Of a stretch of 40,924 bases of DNA, positions 34,398 to 40,924 are shown piece by piece. Positions within the stretch are counted from its first letter, which is position 1, and the number at the start of each line of letters is the position of its first letter. The notes under the pieces are model-generated. The model saw nothing but the letters and a program-made list of their open reading frames with translations. It was not told the DNA's origin and ran no database searches. Origin of the DNA: Octopus bimaculoides (lineage: Eukaryota); contig NC_068989.1 in NCBI RefSeq assembly GCF_001194135.2, positions 89,349,946 to 89,390,869 on the forward strand, given 5' to 3'. A program made the translations under genes and the position numbers.

Positions 34398-34746
34398 GGC
34401 AATCCTTCGGTATTGGTAGATGACGTCATTCACCCACACAACCTTCCCTAGACAGTAATGAGGTTCGGTTAAAAAAACGGGGTGAATGACATCCATCTCC
34501 TCATACCAACATTCTGACGACCAATACCGAAGGATCACCGACTTCTGTATAGGGACTATATTATACAATATATCCGTTGATTTTTATTTATTTAGTTATT
34601 GGCATTCCTTCGGTATTGATCTACTAAGTGTCGGTGTGAGGAGACGACGTCGTTCTCCCTGTTTTCCAGCCTAAGCCTCTTTACCTATGTCGAGGGAAAG
34701 TTGTATGGGTGAACGACGTCGTGAGCCAATATCGAAGGATTGCCAA
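34398..34746. repeat. Two copies of a ~145-bp hairpin element in opposite orientation
   Basis: Motif GCAATCCTTCGGTATTGG occurs four times in alternating orientation. Unit 34599-34746 aligns to the reverse complement of 34398-34538. Confidence 0.8.
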
Positions 34747-34964
34747 TTTATGTATTTATTTATTTATTTGTAAAATAATGAAGGTCTTTAAACCACAGTG
34801 AACCACAAATTAGAACACCTTAAACTAACGACGCTATTGTTCACAAAACCAAGGCATAATCTTATTTGATGAGCATAAAAGACGCATCCTAATTACAGCT
34901 GTGCACATTCAAAGGAAAAAAAGGTTTTTAGTGCATAAAGCATGTAATATTTAAAGCAACTTGG

Positions 34965-35160
34965 GCGGCAAGGTGGCAGAACCATGACCGCGCCAGAAAA
35001 AATGCTTAACGGCATTTCTTCCAACTATACATTCTGAGTTCAAATCCCACTATACATTCTGAGTTCGGCGTTGATAAAATGAGTACCAGTTGTACACTGG
35101 AGTTTATGTAAACGACTTGCCCCTACTCCAAAATTGCTGTGCCAACATTTGAAGCCAGTA
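34965..35160 (+). mobile_element. SINE, Meta-like family, rearranged
   Basis: Head GGCGGCAAGGTGGCAGAA, internal duplication of ACTATACATTCTGAGTTC, and GATAAAATGAGTACCAG core. Confidence 0.6.
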
Positions 35161-37269
35161 TTCAAAGCATCTTCGTATATTGGAACCGGGAAAACAGTGT
35201 GTGGCATATGCTTTCGAATACGGTAATTTAAGGTGTGATTTGGCTGCTGTTTCTAGCAGATCTAGTGAGGATCCCTCACATAAAAGCCCCCTCGTGTGTG
35301 TGTGTGTGTGTGTGTTCGTTCAGAGAAATACTTTAGAATTCCCACAACTGAAATGCAAAGTAAGTATCGCGTTGTTTACGTAGGAAATCAATAATTTACG
35401 ATGACACAATCGTAGGCAGTAGACGCTGTGCTATTATTTACACGCAGATGACCAAACGAGAGCAATTTACTGCGGAGCTGTAGTCAATGTTACACACATA
35501 TACCTACTCACCTCCTATATATATATATATATATATATATGGCGTCATGTTGTTAATTGACTAGTGTTGTTATTGAATTTCAGGTCAACTCTGATTGAGC
35601 AGATCTCTAATCAAAGCCGTTCCAGCCATATCCATCCGTATCGAGGACAGCGGTAGAGTGTGATTTGCGAGAGATTTGGCTGCTATTTCTTAGCAACTTG
35701 AGCGAGCACACCAGACTACGTTCTGCGTTTGAATCCCTTTGACATCGTCTTCGTTTGTCATTCTTCCGGGGATCAATAAATAAAACACCAGGCATCCTTG
35801 GTTCCAAAGCTTTGACAGATTAACCGTTTGTCGGACCATTCGCGGTCATGTCATAATAATTCAACACAACACTGACTTCCTAATCATATCTCCCATTCGT
35901 CGAAATTACCATGAACAGTTCTACTTTATTTTGAATCAATACAGATTAAGGGTTTGTGCTTGACACTGTCACTGAACGCTTCCAGTTCTCTTATCTGTAG
36001 TAACATTAGCTAAGGGTGACATTAAGCTGAATAAGCAAGGAATCTCTCAAAATGCTGTTATCACCACAAACAAATGCAGCGTAAATAATGCACGTAAAAC
36101 ACACAGTAACGCCATCTGTGGTCGCGCAGTGATCTATACTGGTAGTCACGGGGACTTCAAGTTCTCCAGCCCCTCGTAATGTATTCAGATTAAAGGAGTT
36201 ACTGAACTATCAGCTGCCAGAATATCGGCGGTATACTCATACATAGATATTACGAACGGAGAAATACAGAGCGACGCAATATCTTTAGATATTTCTCATG
36301 GATCTGAGCCTAAGGAGATATTCCAGCTATCTCGCCGGTTCTCTTTTATCCTCATGCTCCTTTTTCTATGAACTTTTTTCTGTTACTAAACACAAAGCTT
36401 TTGACATCATGGAGAGGTATCCTCACCTTTAACGATACAATATTTGATGGTAAGGTCATATAGCTACGCCGGTTTTGATGTTTTACTCAATTGACCTATA
36501 CAAAGAAGAGAGATCCTTTCAAGAGTTTTGTCCAGTTCTACAAATAGTCCTTGTAATTACGTTACTGTTGTTGTTGATAGTGGTGGTGGTGGTAGTGGTT
36601 GGTGTCTATTTACCTACACTTAAGTGCTCCTGTGTTGGGCGACGCACGAGGCAGCCAAAAGCTCTCCAGCAGGATCGGTCTGCTTATGACCGTAAGCCCG
36701 ACACCGCAATGGTTTTGCATTTTGAACTGTCTTCGTAGCTTGAATTTTTCTTACGGGGACAGGGTGCTTACCTCAAGCTCAGTCACTTGACTTTAGGAAA
36801 GAGACTGTAAATGGAGCTGTTTCTGTCGACTGTTAGCCAATGTCCACGAAACATAATGTGGGTCGCCTTCAGCCACAGACACCTGATTGGCTGTTGGTCT
36901 TCTTGAGACACTTCTGCCCAGTCCGTTGGCCGTTGCGTCAGTTCCTGCACCCGCCTTTTTGGTAAGGCTTCCTTCTTGGTTTATACAAGCTATACGGGTT
37001 GTCGACTTCAACAGCGAGCGTTCACCTTCAAAGATATAAAATCACCGACCTTCTACTCACCATAAGAGGCGTGGGAGAAGTTCAAAAGTGTTCAAAAGTG
37101 TTTTTTTTTTTAATCTTTAGTCAGTCACGAGAGAAGGCCAATGCTGATGACCCTTTGTAGGTCATCTGAGGTCAGAAGGAAGCGGGTGGAAGATATTTTC
37201 AAACTGAGTACATGAAACAGAATTGACTCCGCTAAAAGTACACAAGATACCAGATGGTGGTGTTAAATC

Positions 37270-37520
37270 GGGCGATAGATCAGGTCTACCACCGAAGTAG
37301 ACTATAGCGGGATTTGAATTCAGAACGCAAAGAACCGGGAAAAATACCACAAAGCATACTGTCCGCTGTCGTGATTGGGTACATTTTTTCTATCGACCCC
37401 CATCGCAAAAAAAAAAAAAAAAAAAAAAATGGAAGGCAAAGTCGACTTCGTCAGAATTTGAGCTCAGACAACAGAGAGTCGGAATAAATACTGCGAGATA
37501 TTCTATTCAGTGTTCTAACC
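37270..37520 (-). mobile_element. Two partial Meta-like SINEs
   Basis: GATTTGAATTCAGAACG and GGCAAAGTCGAC..TTTGAGCTCAGA segments. Confidence 0.55.
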
Positions 37521-37961
37521 ACTCCGTCAATTCACCGTGGGACTCGCTTTCTTTGTTGAGTTTTTCTCAGCAACGGTTACCATATTTACTCTTTTATAAA
37601 TGAAGAAAACTAGGGTGCGATATACATGGGGCAAGTTTAAATATGAAGGAAAAGAATTTTGTACTAAGATTTTATTCTAAATTATAGGTTCGACACATAC
37701 ACGAGTAAATACGATAATTTTCCTCAATTCATTTTTTAAATATCCTTTGAATTTTTGATCATTGATTCGTCTTTAACAGGCAAAAGCTCTTCAAAGGCTG
37801 TAACAATGACAGTTCTTTCAGATTTTCAGTAAAAGAGCAACTTTCGCTGCTAAATGTCAACAGATTCATATCGGTCATTCAACTATTTGGATTTGGAATT
37901 TATGATGAACTTTAACGTTAATGATTCCAATACTGAGATGAGCCACATCTACAATTTAGTG

Positions 37962-38165
37962 GCTATGTGGTGAGAAGTTTGCTTCACAACCACGTGGTTT
38001 CGGGTTCGGTCCCATTATGCGACTCCTTGGACAAGTGTCTTCCACTAGAGTCCTTGGTCAATCAAAGCTTTGTGGGTAAATCTGGTTGACGGAAGCTGAA
38101 ATAACCCTTCAAGTAGGTGCCCAAACATGGTCGCAATCCAATGATTGAAACAAGTAAAATATAAA
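37962..38165 (+). mobile_element. tRNA-derived SINE, same family as 1120, internally deleted
   Basis: GTGGCTATGTGGTGAGAAGTTTGCTT..GGTTCGGTCCC head and CATGGTCGCA.TCCAATGATTGAAACAAG tail. Confidence 0.7.
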
Positions 38166-38249
38166 AGAATGTGTACTGGGCAAGTGGTAGTAGCTAATGT
38201 CCCTCTTAAACACTTATTTAGATTTGAGAACACAATCTTTTGTTTGTAG

Positions 38250-38286
<37 letters not shown>

Positions 38287-38419
38287 CGCGAATAACCTAG
38301 GCAGATCTCTTGGTAATATACAGGAAAATATTACAATGTCATTGAGTATCTCAAAACTCACTGATTGCAAATGGCTGTTTCTCTTGATATGTATATTAGA
38401 TAGCTCACTGCTCTTGTTC

Positions 38420-38700
38420 AAGTTGCCTTAACTGAGATGCGTTTCACAATGCCGTAACAGTAACCCTGTCCTGCATCATCCTCGGCAGTCTCCCAATCTC
38501 ACATTTTGTGCCTCTATCAACAATCCGAATGCAGCTGAGCGGCGTTCGTCCTCCACTAGGCTGCGGAAGGTCATTCATTACATTTGATATGACCTGCACG
38601 ATAGCAGTGACTGGCAAAAGTGTCTTGTTTGAAATTATCATTCTGATGCAGATAAGAGCGACGAACAGACAGAATTGCTCGCACACCGGACGACATGCTT
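38420..38700 (-). mobile_element. Probable RTE-type LINE 3' fragment
   Basis: ORF 38444-38686 ends ...PSGGRTPLS..DRGTKCEIGRLPRMMQDRV, which resembles RTE ORF2 C-termini. Confidence 0.45.
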
Positions 38701-39075
38701 CGTAGCGTTTCTTCTGAATTTAAATTCTTAGTTCAAATTGTGCCGAGGTTGATAAAATAAGGACGAGTCGAGCACTGGAATCGATGTAGTAACTAACTCT
38801 CTCCAGCCAAAATTTAAGGCTATGTGCCTGGAAATAATTATTCGATTTCAGAGTGCGGTATAACTATTGTTAATGATATTGCTGCTAATTACTCTGTATA
38901 CTATTTTACTTTGTGGTTTATGTTGGCTCCAAATGTTTGCCAGCTTTCGGATTCCTCTGGTTTATTTATTTGTCTCTCTCTCTCTCTTTTTTTTTTTACT
39001 CTTTTACTTGTTTCAGTCATTTGACTGCGGCCATGCTGGAGCACCGCCTTTAGTCGAGCAAATCAACTCCGGGTT

Positions 39076-39505
39076 CGGATCTTACGTAGAGGACTCCGTT
39101 AAAGAATATATTGCTGTCACCACCCAATGCCAGTACAAATACCAATAAGCGTACAGCTTGTTCTGGCAGCCGCGAGAGCACCAAGGATGTTTTATTTAAG
39201 TAATCTCAGTCCTGCATCAAACGCAGACCGAGGCAGGGCGCCTGGCACCTAGAATGTCGTCAGGCGTTCACACTCCTCTTCCAGTCGGGTAATGAGGTCG
39301 ATGGAAATTATTCCACTATGGCTTTCTATAGAGGGTTAGTGGCGGGTACGTGAGACGATGTTCTCGGGGAGATCCTGGGTGTCGACAAGAATGAGTTTGC
39401 TGGTCTGTTCCGGAGAACTTTTGGGCCGGGGCCTATGGATAATTTTCAGAGGTCCTTGCCCTGGCAGTGCTACCGGGGGGCACTGTCTGTTCGAGATAAA
39501 CTCTA
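39076..39505 (+). mobile_element. L1/Tx1-like LINE ORF2 C-terminal fragment
   Basis: ILGVDKNEFAGLFRRTFGPGPMDNFQRSLPWQCYRGALSVRDKLYRH resembles the zf-RVT lead-in (W..Y.GAL..RDKL); truncated before the cysteines. Confidence 0.6.
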
Positions 39506-39840
39506 CAGGCACAGAAGGGTCGATCAGTGAGCAACTTCACTTTTCCTTATCTATAATTGTTATGTCCGGTCTATTATTTTCCACCTGCTTGTCCGTTTAG
39601 ATAGGGAAGTCCCACAAAATCTTACATTTCTTCGACTCCAGTACTTTTTCGACCTGGTGATTGTACCCTGTGTTTTCAGTTTCAAATCCCCATTTCTGGC
39701 AAAGTGTCCAATGTAAAACGTTTACAACCTGGTCATGCCTCCATTTCTTATACTCTTCCTGCGCCAACTTGGGGCATTCTGTCACAATGTGTGCCATTGT
39801 CTTGTTCCAAGTTCCACAGGCTCTACATTTTCCTGACACA
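39500..39840 (-). mobile_element. R4/Dong-like (restriction-like endonuclease) non-LTR retrotransposon fragment
   Basis: CRACG..HIVTEC zinc knuckle, RHD, KILWDFPI*TD..NRPDI..D..K..LID: the C-terminal RLE signature of R2-group elements. Confidence 0.85.
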
Positions 39841-40504
39841 TTTTATCCATATATATTTTTTCTCAAGTTGTTAGTTTTTATCGCTTGATCTTAGGCTGCT
39901 ACAATTAGGCTTTCTGTTTCTTTTTTTGATTGTCCTTTTTTTTAACCAAGCCCAGGCTGGCCTGGGGCTATAGTGGAAAATACTGGTCCCAGGTGCTGCA
40001 CAATGGGATTGAATCCAAGGAGACGTTTTTTTCTTTTACCGCGCAGCCACTCCTGAATGTTTGCAAACATTTATCATTTTTTTAAATATTTCTACGTGAT
40101 GCACTTGTCACTAAGTATATTCCGTGCAGGCTTGAGACGTTAGGAAGGAAAATAACGACGGTCCTTCCTGTTTTTATCAATGTTGTTGTTAACAGGGTTA
40201 GAGTTATATTTCCTGTCCAGTTATTTGTTTTTCTGAATTATTTGTAAACATTTGGTGTGTTCTATAAATACTTTGAAGACATCGTAAGACACCTTTTGTG
40301 TATCAGAGCCAGTTTTGTACAGATCTGTAGCCATTGTCGTTCTCTGACGACATTCATACATGTTGTGAGAAATATTCCCGTGAATCGAGCAAGTAAATAC
40401 TATACAACCGACAATCTAGCCATGACATCATGTCTTTTTTCTGATATTATTTTCAGTATTAGTTCATTCTGTATATGGGTGCAGGCACCATTGCTTGGTT
40501 TGGG

Positions 40505-40826
40505 TTCAGGCGCGTGGTTAGGTAGCTGGGGTATTCAGCTCATAATCGTAAGGTCCTGAGTTCAATTTCCGCTGGCGCTTTGTGTTCTAGAGTAAGAAAC
40601 TTTATTTCATGTTGCTCCACTCCACTCAGTTGGTAAAAATGAGTGGCACCTGTATTTCAAAGGGCCAGCCTTGTCACATTCTGTGCCACTTTGAATCTCT
40701 CTGAGAACTATGTTAAGGGTATCCATGTCTGTGGAGTACTCAGCCACTTGCACGTTAATTTCATGAGCAGGCTGTTCCGTCGACCGGATCAACTGGAACC
40801 CTTGTCGTCGTAACGGACGGAGTGCC

Positions 40827-40828
<2 letters not shown>
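40505..40828 (+). mobile_element. tRNA-derived SINE with (CA)n tail
   Basis: GAGTTCAATTTCC B-box and TTTATTTCATGTTGCTCCA.TCCACTCAG core (shared with 22475), followed by (AC)n. Confidence 0.7.
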
Positions 40829-40865
<37 letters not shown>

Positions 40866-40924
40866 TACATACAAACATATACATACATATATATATACAT
40901 ATGTTTATATATATATATATATAT

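Noticed and set aside
35850-36178. Mariner-like left end on - (TA-CGAGGGG...AGATGGCGT)
   Set aside because: No matching opposite TIR and no transposase motif found.
36793-37011. GC-richer 72-aa ORF
   Set aside because: No recognisable domain in any frame and no splice signals linking it to a gene.

Overview
AT-rich eukaryotic genomic DNA dense in repeats and microsatellites. It is most likely from an octopus (coleoid cephalopod); this is inferred from the SINE families and a C2H2-ZNF remnant, not confirmed by a search. There are two convergent protein-coding genes. (1) The last five coding exons of WDR12/Ytm1 (ribosome biogenesis) lie on + (1..4405). (2) A ZNF106 orthologue lies on - and its whole 2099-aa CDS is one uninterrupted exon (12206..18505); it has N-terminal zinc fingers, two internal tandem peptide repeats, a coiled coil, WD40 repeats and C-terminal zinc fingers. 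Two candidate non-coding 5' exons and a promoter lie near 24.5-25.9 kb. The remainder is transposon debris: an internally deleted IR/DR Tc1 element with intact ends, MULE and hAT transposase remnants (the hAT split by an RTE insertion with a target-site duplication), several LINE fragments (RTE, R4/Dong-like, Tx1-like, an APE/RT element), MITE-like palindromes, many SINEs, a SINE-derived 26-bp minisatellite and a decayed C2H2 zinc-finger array. There are three 10-N assembly gaps. No CRISPR, rRNA or true tRNA genes were found. All family assignments come from manual translation and recall; repeat boundaries are approximate.
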